Assembly: GCA_963806185.1 (NCBI GenBank)
Contig: CAWDXE010000005.1
Coordinates: forward strand, 32,001-96,000
DNA: 64,000 nucleotides
Reading direction: 5' to 3'
From: an uncultured candidate division Zixibacteria bacterium
Lineage (GTDB): Bacteria; Zixibacteria; MSB-5A5; GN15; FEB-12
The notes beneath the pieces are model-generated. The model saw only the letters and a list, made by a program, of their open reading frames with translations. It was not told where the DNA came from and did no database searches. Numbering within the stretch: the stretch's first letter is position 1; the number at the start of each line of letters is the position of its first letter. Below are positions 1-9,600 of the stretch, piece after piece. The translations under genes and the position numbers were made by a program.

Positions 1-1
1 A

Positions 2-127
2 AAGTATCCCGAACGGGAATGGTTGAAACACTTGGACGAAGCCGTTGATCAACTGATTGACATTTGTGGCATCTCCGACGAAATCGCCCGCCGCGCCATC
101 GCCGCTTCCGCCTCCCGCCGCACCTGA
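2..127 (+). CDS. 3' end of a gene entering the window (hypothetical)
   Basis: Open frame KYPEREWLKHLDEAVDQLIDICGISDEIARRAIAASASRRT ending TGA at 125-127, followed by repeat-rich intergenic DNA. Confidence 0.55.
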   Translation, partial: KYPEREWLKHLDEAVDQLIDICGISDEIARRAIAASASRRT

Positions 128-134
128 CAAACCG

Positions 135-750
135 TTTGCCGTCAGGCCTCGATCCTGCTGTGCCGTCAGGCCCCGTATTGCTGTGCCGTCAGGCCCTCGT
201 GCCTGACGGTGTAGGTTGCGTCAGGTCCTGCGCCGCGTCCTCGCGGCGTGTGACCTGACGCTCATGGCTCAACCTCGTCATCCTGAACCTTTTCCCAAAG
301 GTTCAGGACCTCGGTGTCCACTCCACTTGCGCGTGACTCATTGCGACGACCCTGAGCGGAACCGAAGGGGACGAAGCAACCTCAACTCTCTCGTTCCTCA
401 CTGACCGCCCCTACTCGCACGAATCCCTCGTCACAATCATTTGCGAGGCCCGACCCCTGCAAGTGTCATTGCGAGGCCCGCTTCGGGCCGTGGCAATCTT
501 TCAGTTCTTTTCTGTGGGCTGAGACGCTTGTGGTTTCGACCTACCACGACAAATTGCGATATCGACACCTCGTCGCACTGAGCCCGTCGGCGTAGTTCAT
601 CCTGAGCGAAGCCGAAGGGCTCAGGATAAACTCCGTCGAAGTGCGACGATCACACACTTTTCGCCGCCTCGAGCGCAGACGAGAGGCGTTGTTCTCCCGT
701 TGCGTCAGGTCCTGCGCCGCGCTTCGCGGCGTGTGACCTGACGCTCTCCT
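135..750. repeat. Mosaic cluster of REP-like palindromes
   Basis: 3x TGCCGTCAGGCC; 2x GCGTCAGGTCCTGCGCCGCG...CGCGGCGTGTGACCTGACGC (~217 and ~702); GTCATCCTGAACC...GGTTCAGG; GTCATTGCGAGGCCCG...GGCAATC; CCTGAGCGAAGCCGAAGGG. Confidence 0.85.
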
Positions 751-800
751 TCCCCCCTCTTTTTCCTATCCCATCCCCCCGCTCATGGGTATACTATCGT

Positions 801-1904
801 ATGGAAATGCCCATGTCCGACCGCCACGCTCAGCAGATGAGCGCTCTCGTCGCCGATATGTTCGAGGTCGAGGCGATCTGGCGCCACGCCGATCGCTATA
901 TCCTGAGCCTTGCTTACCGGTATCAGCCGACCGCCTCCCGAAAAATGCTGGAAGACCGTCTTCGCATCGCCGGCTACCACTTCGACCTGCGCGACGCCGA
1001 GGGTCATCTTGTTCTCGACATCGATCCCAACCCGCGCCTCAAAATCCCCCCGCTCAACATTCTGCTCTTTGTGGCCACCCTCATCTCCGTCTATTTCGTG
1101 CCCGTCTTTCTTAAAAACTTCGCCCTCGTCGAACACGTCACCGAGGCCTTCCAGCGCACCCTGCTCGATCTCCGCCACGGCGCCGGTATTGAATTCACCG
1201 TCGCTATCATCTCCATCCTTCTTGTGCACGAGATGGGCCATTACGTCGCCAGCCGCCGCCGGGGTATTGTTACGTCCTGGCCCTATTTTATTCCGGCCCC
1301 AAACATCATTGGCACCTTCGGCGCCATCATCAAATCGCGCTCCCCTTTCTGGAACCGTCGCGATCTCATCGAGGTCGGAGCGGCCGGTCCGATCGCCGGC
1401 TGGATCGTCGCCATCGGCTGGCTGCTCTGGGGCCTCTCGCGCTCGTCGATTCTGCCCGCCTCCGCGTTTGGCCCCGCTGATCTGGCCTTTTCGCTTGACG
1501 GCGAATCACTGCTGGTCCGCGCACTCACGCCGCTGCTTATCGGTAACGTGACGCCGGGCTATCTCTATCAATTCACCGAGGCTGCCTTTGCCGGCTGGGT
1601 AGGACTCCTCATCACCGCCATAAACTTGCTGCCAATCGGTCAGCTCGATGGCGGTCATATCCTGTACGGCATAGGGCGCCGCGTACAGAAACCGCTCGGC
1701 TGGGTGGCCATTGCCGTCCTCGCCGTGCTTGGATTACAGTCTGCTATGTGGTGGGTATTTGCCGCGTTTGGTTTGATTTTCGGCGTGGCGCATCCGCCGA
1801 CTCTCGACGATTCTCGCGAACTGGCGCCTCATGCACGGCTGATGGGAATCATCGCCGTGATCATTTTCATTCTCTCGTTTACACCCGTGCCTTTTCGGAA
1901 TTGA
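801..1904 (+). CDS. Site-2 protease, M50 family intramembrane zinc metalloprotease
   Basis: HEMGH and NLLPIGQLDGGH motifs, multiple TM segments. Confidence 0.92.
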   Translation: MEMPMSDRHAQQMSALVADMFEVEAIWRHADRYILSLAYRYQPTASRKMLEDRLRIAGYHFDLRDAEGHLVLDIDPNPRLKIPPLNILLFVATLISVYFVPVFLKNFALVEHVTEAFQRTLLDLRHGAGIEFTVAIISILLVHEMGHYVASRRRGIVTSWPYFIPAPNIIGTFGAIIKSRSPFWNRRDLIEVGAAGPIAGWIVAIGWLLWGLSRSSILPASAFGPADLAFSLDGESLLVRALTPLLIGNVTPGYLYQFTEAAFAGWVGLLITAINLLPIGQLDGGHILYGIGRRVQKPLGWVAIAVLAVLGLQSAMWWVFAAFGLIFGVAHPPTLDDSRELAPHARLMGIIAVIIFILSFTPVPFRN

Positions 1905-3399
1905 CCGCCGTCGACTCAACCAGGAAATCGAGATTCTCTTCCCGCCCGTAGATCCGCTTGAAATCGATCTTCCGCTTCATCAACAGCCCGATAAACAGAT
2001 CGACCAGTTCCGGGTCAAACTGCGTCCCCCGATTCCGCAGCAACTCATCGACTGCCACCTCGATTGGCGCCCCGGTCCGATACGGTCGATCCGATATGAT
2101 CGCGTCAAACGTATCGACTACCGCCAGCAGCCGCCCTTCGATCGGAATCTCCTCTCCCTTCAATCCTTTCGGATAGCCGGCGCCGTCATACCGCTCGTGG
2201 TGCGCGATAATGTACGGCACGGAGGGTCGGAACAAGTCGATATTGCCGATGATCTTCAGACCGTCAAACGGATGGCGTATCATCCGCTCCCGTTCTTCGG
2301 GCGTTAGCGGCCCCTGCTTGTTCAGAATCGAATCCGGCACGCCGATTTTGCCGATATCATGTAGCGTGCATCCCATGACCAGGTTGTACAACCGATCACC
2401 GTCCCACCCCAGTTCGCGCGCCATGAGCTCCGCGAGGATAATGACCCGGTCGGTATGACCGGCCGTATACTGATCGCGCGCTTCAATGGCGTTGGCCATA
2501 GCGCGGATAGCCTGCAAGTAAGACTTCTTCAGATCGTCGTACAATTTCTGATGGGTTATGGCCGACCCGGCCGAATTCGCCAATATGGTCAGAGCGTCAA
2601 GCTGCCCCGGCGTAATCTGGTCGAAGCGGGATACCACCACCAGCCGGATCATGCCGTGAAGCTCCGCACCGATAAAAATCGGCTGCGTGATGATCATCCG
2701 ACACATCGGCTGACTGTTGATGGTCGACTGGTCCGACACGATCAGCGGCACCTCGGTCGCAACCGTGCGCAACGCCTCCAGCGGACCCTCATCCATCAAT
2801 ACATCCATGTGTTGCGCATCATCGGTGTTGTACAACCGCCGCATAACCAGGCCGTCCGCCGGGTCGAGTTGCATGATTGAGGCGCCCACCGCCGACAACT
2901 CTGTCCGGCACGACCGCAGCACCTGGACCAGGTAATTCTCCAGGTCCGATGCCGCACTCCCGGAATTCGCGACCCGAAGGAACTGCACCTGCCCCTTCAA
3001 CGTCAGGTTCTCTCGTACCACCTTTTGGTGCGCCAGCCCGCGCTTGATCGTCGCTTTCAGCAATTCCAACTTGAACGGCTTGACCAGAAAATCGTACGCC
3101 CCCCGCTTGAGCACCGATATTGCCACCTGTACCGTCGGGTGAGCCGTCATCAATATGACGATCGCGTCGTGATGGTTCGTCAGCGTCGTATCAAGTATCT
3201 GTACACCGGAATACTCGCCCATCACCAGATCGGTCAGCACCAGATCGACCTTGTTGGATTGGATATAATTGAGCGCCTCGCCCGGCTCGCAGAATGTCGC
3301 CACCGCGTAGTCTTCATTGACCAGCGCTTCGTCGATAATCTGCCCGATATATTTCTCGTCGTCTACGATAACAATTCGTGCCGATTGACCCACGAACAT
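1879..3399 (-). CDS. Response regulator with receiver, GAF-like and HD-GYP (c-di-GMP phosphodiesterase) domains
   Basis: IVIVDDE...LTDLVM...KPF receiver; HDIGK and HHERYDGAGYP; AAGGAG RBS before ATG at 3399. Confidence 0.9.
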   Translation of the reverse strand: MFVGQSARIVIVDDEKYIGQIIDEALVNEDYAVATFCEPGEALNYIQSNKVDLVLTDLVMGEYSGVQILDTTLTNHHDAIVILMTAHPTVQVAISVLKRGAYDFLVKPFKLELLKATIKRGLAHQKVVRENLTLKGQVQFLRVANSGSAASDLENYLVQVLRSCRTELSAVGASIMQLDPADGLVMRRLYNTDDAQHMDVLMDEGPLEALRTVATEVPLIVSDQSTINSQPMCRMIITQPIFIGAELHGMIRLVVVSRFDQITPGQLDALTILANSAGSAITHQKLYDDLKKSYLQAIRAMANAIEARDQYTAGHTDRVIILAELMARELGWDGDRLYNLVMGCTLHDIGKIGVPDSILNKQGPLTPEERERMIRHPFDGLKIIGNIDLFRPSVPYIIAHHERYDGAGYPKGLKGEEIPIEGRLLAVVDTFDAIISDRPYRTGAPIEVAVDELLRNRGTQFDPELVDLFIGLLMKRKIDFKRIYGREENLDFLVESTAVNSEKARV

Positions 3400-3662
3400 G
3401 TTTTCTCCTTCACGAGGACTCTTATCGTTCATCGGAAATTTTGATCCCTTCCCCAGCCGTCGCTTTCGATCTGTCCAATTTTTGCGCGCTCTCGTTTCGT
3501 GACTATCGGCGAAGCTCAATCACTGGCTTGAAGACATTGGTGAGGTATCTGCCCGAGCGCCAGTCTCCTCTATGAACGACACTTTGCCGGGATAATATTC
3601 GATCGCAGTACGGATTAACTCCGGGCCGGCCCAAAGTTGTGCAGTAACTGACCTCTCCCCCC

Positions 3663-3880
3663 ACCCGTCATCGCGAGACCCGTCTTCTCTCCTTGTCATC
3701 CTGAACCTTTTCTTAAAGGTTCAGGATCTCGATGTCCACCGAATCTACATACCCGTCATCGCGAGGCCCGTCTTCTCTCCTTGTCATCCTGGACCTTTTC
3801 TTAAAGGTTCAGGATCTCGATGTCCACCGAATCTACATACCCGTCATCGCGAGGCCCGTCTTCGGGCCGTGGCGATCTTT
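3663..3880. repeat. 88-bp tandem repeat (about 2.3 copies) built of GTCAT-headed palindromes
   Basis: Unit ACCCGTCATCGCGAG...GTCATCCTGAACCTTTTCTTAAAGGTTCAGGATCTCGATGTCCACCGAATCTACAT starts at 3663, 3751 and 3839. Confidence 0.9.
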
Positions 3881-4155
3881 CAGTTCTCTTTTTCCCCCCC
3901 TCGTCATTCTGAATCCTGATGGTTCAAGCGCTAGCTTGAATTATCAGGGTTCAGAATCTCGTCCACCACCAACCTCCCCTCCACATTGTCATTCTGGCCC
4001 CCAATGATTCAAGCACAGCTCGAGTCATTAGGGGCCAGAATCCATGGGACCGTTCCTCTTGAGTTCCGCCTGACTAACGCTTCCGCCGTCCACGCGTCAG
4101 GGCGATTCTCCCGCTCTCTGCCTCTATCCCTGCCAAAAATCTGCACACCCCCCGG

Positions 4156-4182
4156 TCAAGGAACCGCCGAAAGTTTCGATAA
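4156..4182 (+). promoter_or_regulatory. Sigma-28 (FliA)-like promoter
   Basis: TCAA-N15-TTCGATAA about 40 bp upstream of the 4222 start. Confidence 0.4.
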
Positions 4183-4221
4183 TACATAGTACTACAAACC
4201 GATAGGGTAAGGAGTTCGCTC

Positions 4222-6402
4222 ATGTCATCGCGGGGCCGTTATTCGCTGCTGAAACTCTTGATACTTGGACTATTAGGCTGTCTCCTCCTCGCCTCCGGCG
4301 TCTCCGCCAGAGAAAAGGGTACCGCCCGACTCGAACGAATCGGCGACTATCCGACAACCGATATCCGCCTCCGACCTACCCTCGCCGCGGCTGAAACCTG
4401 CTCGGTCTCCCAAAACCAGGAGTTGGTCTATCGCATCGATAGCTGGGTCGTTGGCTATGAACTCTACAAATCCCTGATGAACCCCGCCCTGAGTTGCACC
4501 CAGCCGTATCCGTACACGATTACCGAAGTCAACATGCCGATGGCCTTCGACGCTACGTGCACTTTCACCGTCTCGGTCGATGTCGAAGCTGTCGACAACA
4601 CCACCTATCCCGGCTGTCCCGTGCCCGGTGTGCTCCTGGGCATTTCCACCGACTACACCCTCACGATTCCGGCCGGCGGCGGTCTGTATAACCTCTGGAT
4701 TCCTCTCGACTCACCCGTCGTCGTCAACGGTCCGTTTTTTGCCGGCTTCTACCTCGGCAGCGAAATCGACGCCGCAGTTGGCGCTGCCGTACTGGTCGAC
4801 ACTTTCCCCGTGCCCTGTGCCACCTACAATATCTGGGACACCACTATCGGCTACATCGACCTCACCGACAATTCGTACTACAACTTCCCCGGTCGCCTGG
4901 CTATGGAAGTCACCGGCACCTCCGGCGGTGGCGGCGGCGGCACTACGCAACCCGCTCCGCAGATTTCGCTCGTCTCACCGACTGCCGGCCAAACACTCAT
5001 GGGCAGCGTCGATCTCTGGGCCGCGGAAATCTCCGGCTCCACCATCATCGACTACGTCTCGTTCTCTTACGTCAAGGGCGCCGGCTCCTATGTTGAAATC
5101 GGACGTGACTACGATGGCACCGCTCCGCTTCGCAATGGTTCCTCTTTGGCCGAGTCCGGTAACGGCTACTCACTCGCCTGGAATTTCGGCGCCCTGACTG
5201 AAGGTACATACACGATCAAGGCTACCGTCGTCGATACGCTCGGACGCTCAGCCACTGCCCAGGCCACCGTTTACCTGGAACCGACTCCGCCGCTGCCGAC
5301 CATCACCAGTCCGCATAACGGCGCCGACTTTTGCACGCCGATTTCCTTCCTGATGACCTGCCCCGATGAAAACATGTCCTACATCGACGTCTACCGCAAA
5401 CCGGCTCAACTCGTCTATTCCGCCGGCATGGCGATGTACTACGAACACAGTTCCGGTGACAAAAACGGCGTCCCCAGTGACGGCAATTGGGCCTCCAACG
5501 GCGAATACGGCGATTATTACTGCGGTCCCGTCGCTGCCGCTATCAGCGCCAAATACTGGTCCGACAAAGGATTCCCCAATATCATGAAACTGAACGGCGC
5601 CGCTGCCGCCATCGGTGCGGTCACCGAAAGTCTCGCCGTTGCCCTGAATACTCGTGCCAGATCCGGCACTACCGATGAAGCCATGGTCTCCGGCCTCCGC
5701 ACCTATGTCGCCGCGCACGGCAACGACCTCACCGTCGACTTCCTCAGAAAACCCGACTACTTCACCCTGCGCGCCTGGGCCGAAGATGAACAACGCGCGG
5801 TTATGGTCGGCCTCGGCGGCACCCCCGGCGTCTGGGCCACCGTTGATGGTTTCGACGGATGGAAACAGGGCGATGGCTCGTACACCGTCATGGTCTCCAA
5901 TCCAATCACGGGCACCATCCAGGGTATGCCCATGCGCGACCTCGTCGGTCAAAGCGAGATGTTCTACGACGGCGACTGGCACTCCGTGGACATCATCGTC
6001 TCCCTGGCGGCCAAGACCTTCACGGTCACGCGAACGCTCACCGGATACGATTCCAACGGCAACGATGGCTGGTCATTCTCGTGGACACCGACCGGCTTCA
6101 CCGAGGATAACCCCTACTTCTTCCGTTTCACCGGCCGCGACGCAACGACCTATAAGGCCTCCACCACATTCCTGGGTTTGTACAATTGCTCACAGGTGTA
6201 TGCCGAGGGCGACTACAACGCCGATGCTGCGGCGGATGTCCTCGATCTCATCTATCTGATCGACTTCATTTCCAAGGGCGGCCCCGCCCCGGCCGGCGGC
6301 GTGCAGCGAGCCGACGCCAACTGCGACAACACCGTCAACGTCGCTGACATTGTTTTCTACATGAATTTCCTGTTTGGAGCGGCCGGCTCCCCCTGCCACT
6401 GA
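4222..6402 (+). CDS. Secreted multidomain protein: beta-sandwich/Ig-like domains, papain/C39-like domain, C-terminal dockerin-type domain
   Basis: Signal peptide; AGGAG RBS; YCGPVAAAISAKYW; C-terminal GDYNADAAADVLDLIYLIDF...ADANCDNTVNVADIVFYMNF. Confidence 0.8.
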   Translation: MSSRGRYSLLKLLILGLLGCLLLASGVSAREKGTARLERIGDYPTTDIRLRPTLAAAETCSVSQNQELVYRIDSWVVGYELYKSLMNPALSCTQPYPYTITEVNMPMAFDATCTFTVSVDVEAVDNTTYPGCPVPGVLLGISTDYTLTIPAGGGLYNLWIPLDSPVVVNGPFFAGFYLGSEIDAAVGAAVLVDTFPVPCATYNIWDTTIGYIDLTDNSYYNFPGRLAMEVTGTSGGGGGGTTQPAPQISLVSPTAGQTLMGSVDLWAAEISGSTIIDYVSFSYVKGAGSYVEIGRDYDGTAPLRNGSSLAESGNGYSLAWNFGALTEGTYTIKATVVDTLGRSATAQATVYLEPTPPLPTITSPHNGADFCTPISFLMTCPDENMSYIDVYRKPAQLVYSAGMAMYYEHSSGDKNGVPSDGNWASNGEYGDYYCGPVAAAISAKYWSDKGFPNIMKLNGAAAAIGAVTESLAVALNTRARSGTTDEAMVSGLRTYVAAHGNDLTVDFLRKPDYFTLRAWAEDEQRAVMVGLGGTPGVWATVDGFDGWKQGDGSYTVMVSNPITGTIQGMPMRDLVGQSEMFYDGDWHSVDIIVSLAAKTFTVTRTLTGYDSNGNDGWSFSWTPTGFTEDNPYFFRFTGRDATTYKASTTFLGLYNCSQVYAEGDYNADAAADVLDLIYLIDFISKGGPAPAGGVQRADANCDNTVNVADIVFYMNFLFGAAGSPCH

Positions 6403-6558
6403 TCACTCTGTGAATTCGACGCTCATCTCTTCCCCCCTCTCCCTCTGGGAGAGGGCTGGGGTGAGTGCCGCTGGAACGCGAGAACAATCCATTTCATCAT
6501 GTACGTTGTCGAAATCGTCGCACTGAGCGAAGTCGAAGTGCGACGTCTCACCTGACCC

Positions 6559-6592
6559 AAAAAAAAGAAGCGAGGGCTTGCACCCTCGCTTC
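6559..6592 (-). terminator. Rho-independent terminator of the 6636-11795 gene
   Basis: GAAGCGAGGG-loop-CCCTCGCTTC followed by a long T tract on the minus strand. Confidence 0.85.
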
Positions 6593-6635
6593 TGAATCGA
6601 AGACCGAAGTCTACGACCCAAGAAACCCTACATCA

Positions 6636-9600
6636 TCAAAACGCCCAGTCACCCTTCGGGCAGGCGCCGTGGTTGAAGTAGTAGTTCACAAGGAACGTAA
6701 CGTCAGCAAGATTCGGGAGACCACCGCTGGCATCAACGTCGCCGATGTGCTTGAACGGAATCGGTCCAGGCTTACCGGGTCCAAAGTTGATGTAATCGGC
6801 CAGATAAATGATGTCGGCCAGGTTCACGCCGCCGTCATTGTTGACGTCGCCGCGACCAAAACCGGCCCACTTGTTGACCAGATCCGCCAAAGCGGCAATG
6901 TTACCCGCCGACGTCGTCGGATTCGCAATACCGCTCAGCGCGAAGTTCGCGACACCAAACGACGTGGTGTCGTTCGGGCCGAAGTCCTTCGTCGCAATGC
7001 CGTACCGAACCTGTTCGTCGTCGGAGGCTTCGAAGTTGGCTACTTGAGCGTAGAAGCCCGGGGCCAGCGACATATCGTAATACATCGAATCCCAGTCAAC
7101 TAGCGGATCAAACATACTCTGCTGCGAAGACATACGCTTCACAACACGCAGAGCATCGTAGCCGCATCCGAACGGTACCTTGACCATACCAGCTACCGTG
7201 GTATTCGTCGCGCCGCGCGTGAACGCCCACCCTACTGAGTGGTTGCGATCAATCGCCGCCGAGTCAGTACCTGTGGCCGCCGGATCGTCAACCACGTTCA
7301 TGTCGTGGTCGAAGTTAGCGCCAAAATACCAGCCCTTCACCGAGTCGCCATTTCTCTCTTGGAATTCCATGATCTCAAGGGTCATGTTATTCAACAGGGA
7401 AACAACAGCCGGTGCATCGGTCACACCGATGGTGCGGGTGTTAACATAGAGACCCATCGTCAGAGCAGCGTCAAACGGACGCGGCTGCGCGAGTTCCCAG
7501 TCCCATCCGCCGGCTCCGTCGTCAAAGTTCTGCACCGAGTCAATATAGCTCTTGCAGACCAGATCGCCGGAAACCGCGAAATACGTGAGACCGTCAGCCG
7601 TAGCGTCGCCCAGGGAAACACCCGTCTGCAGAGCCGGCTTACAAGAGCCGTCGCAGAAGTTCGGGTCACCCTGCATCGAAATCCACGCCTGAGGTTCAGT
7701 CGAACCGCTCTGCCACGGAACTGCGTTCATCGCGATACGGATCGAATCAACACCGTACACGTAGGTACCTGCGAACAGGATATCTGCGGAACCGTCGATC
7801 TCGATACCATATGGCGTCCAGTCGGCCATGGCAACACGACCCATGTTACAAACGATCTGCGTGTTCGCGCCGCCCGCGCCGAACGACAGGAACGTCGTAT
7901 CGGTCAAGCAACCGCCAACAAGACACAACTGCATCTCAGGACGCATCGCTACGTCGTTGAGATAGTAGTCCGGATCGTTGATCGTCGTGAATTCAACAAA
8001 GAAGCACTGCGGACCACGGCTGATGGCCGGACCATCAACACGCACCGTGATACCGGAAGTGTCACCAGGAGCGGTAACAATGTTACCGTTCGCCGGAATG
8101 AATACGTCGCCCGGATACGTTCCGTTTTCGATCAGGAAGAACGGAGTCGCCAGAGCCGCACGATTCATGATCGAACGAGTAGTCGCTTCCTTAGCCGGAG
8201 CGTTTACATCGTCGGTCAGAGCCGTGGCCATGACGAACGCGTGGCTGTTCTTCGTCAGACGATCGGCAATCGAAGACGCCGAATGGGCAATCTGATCGCG
8301 TACCATCTTGAACGAATTGCCGCGCGCCGGACTCGGCGGAGTCGTGCCGTTCGACGTCGTCGACGCCGTCAGGCTGACCAGCAGGTCCGTGCAGCCGGTG
8401 TTCGTGTAAATGTCGGCAAACGTAATCGGCGTGTCGTACAGTGAACCGAACGGCACCGGGAAGTAAACCGGCGACGGTTGGAGCAGTTCCAAACGCGGAC
8501 GATCAACGTTCGTCTTCTCGAGGTCATACAGACCACCCTGCGCGTCTACGAATACGACGTGCAGGTCGCCATCCACGTCCGTACCAACTGCGCCCATGCC
8601 GCCACGGTTGGCGTCAACAGCGTAATCAATACGACGATGGAAGACTTCATCGCCATTATTGGAATTAAAGAATCCCAGATAGCCCGCTTCACTGAACGCG
8701 ATTGCATAATCAGGCGCGTCCGGTTCGCATGTCAGCACACCTTCGTTGAAGATACGCTGCAGGCCGCTCAGACCACCACCCGAGGCAGTCTGCGGGAAGC
8801 TGGCCGCTGCCCAAACCTGCGCACCATTGCGCTTGTCGAAACAAACCAGGTCGCCGCCCAGCGGATGAGGAATCCAGCGCGTCACCGTAGGAACGATGAC
8901 CGTTATGGCATCCAGCATCATGTGCGAACGCACTGCCCGCATCGAGAGCACATCCCATATGATCGCGCCCGTGCCGGCATTCAGCTTGTACAACACGCCG
9001 CCGGCCGGTGAATTACCGTCAGACTGCGAGTTGACAAACAACGTGCCTTCGGAAGCATCATAGGTCGGGCCACAGAGGAAGTATTCAAACGTCACGCCCG
9101 TGCCCAGAGCACTCGCCTGCAGACCACCGGTCGCAGCCAGGTTCCAGACATTGGCGCCGGTCCCGCACGAGATCGCCTTGACGTCGCCATTCCCCACCAG
9201 CGTGAACTGTGAGAAATAGAGATTCGCGCCGTCCGTCGTGATCGACTTCTGCGCGCTCATACCAAGGTTCACCGGGCCGGCCCAGAACGGAGTTCCGTCC
9301 GTCGCGTCGGCCGCATAGCAGAAGTTGTTGTCGTCGGTCCAGTATACAACATCGGTACCGCCAACATTAACCACTACCACCGTTCCATAACGCGTGTTGC
9401 CCATATCGAGAGGAGCAAGACCGTTCCAGCTATTGGTCAGATCCGCGCTCCATACCATAGTCGCCGGTATCGTGGAAACATCCCACGCCGACATGCCGCC
9501 CGGAATACCGGCCGACAAGAACAAATATGGTACGCCGCCAACTTCGTATACCGAAGGCGTGCAACGTGCATCACCGCCGATTTGATCGAAATTGGTGACT

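Noticed and set aside
3663..3880. 88-bp tandem repeat as a CRISPR array
   Set aside because: The intervening sequences are identical rather than unique spacers, there are under three units, and no cas genes are present
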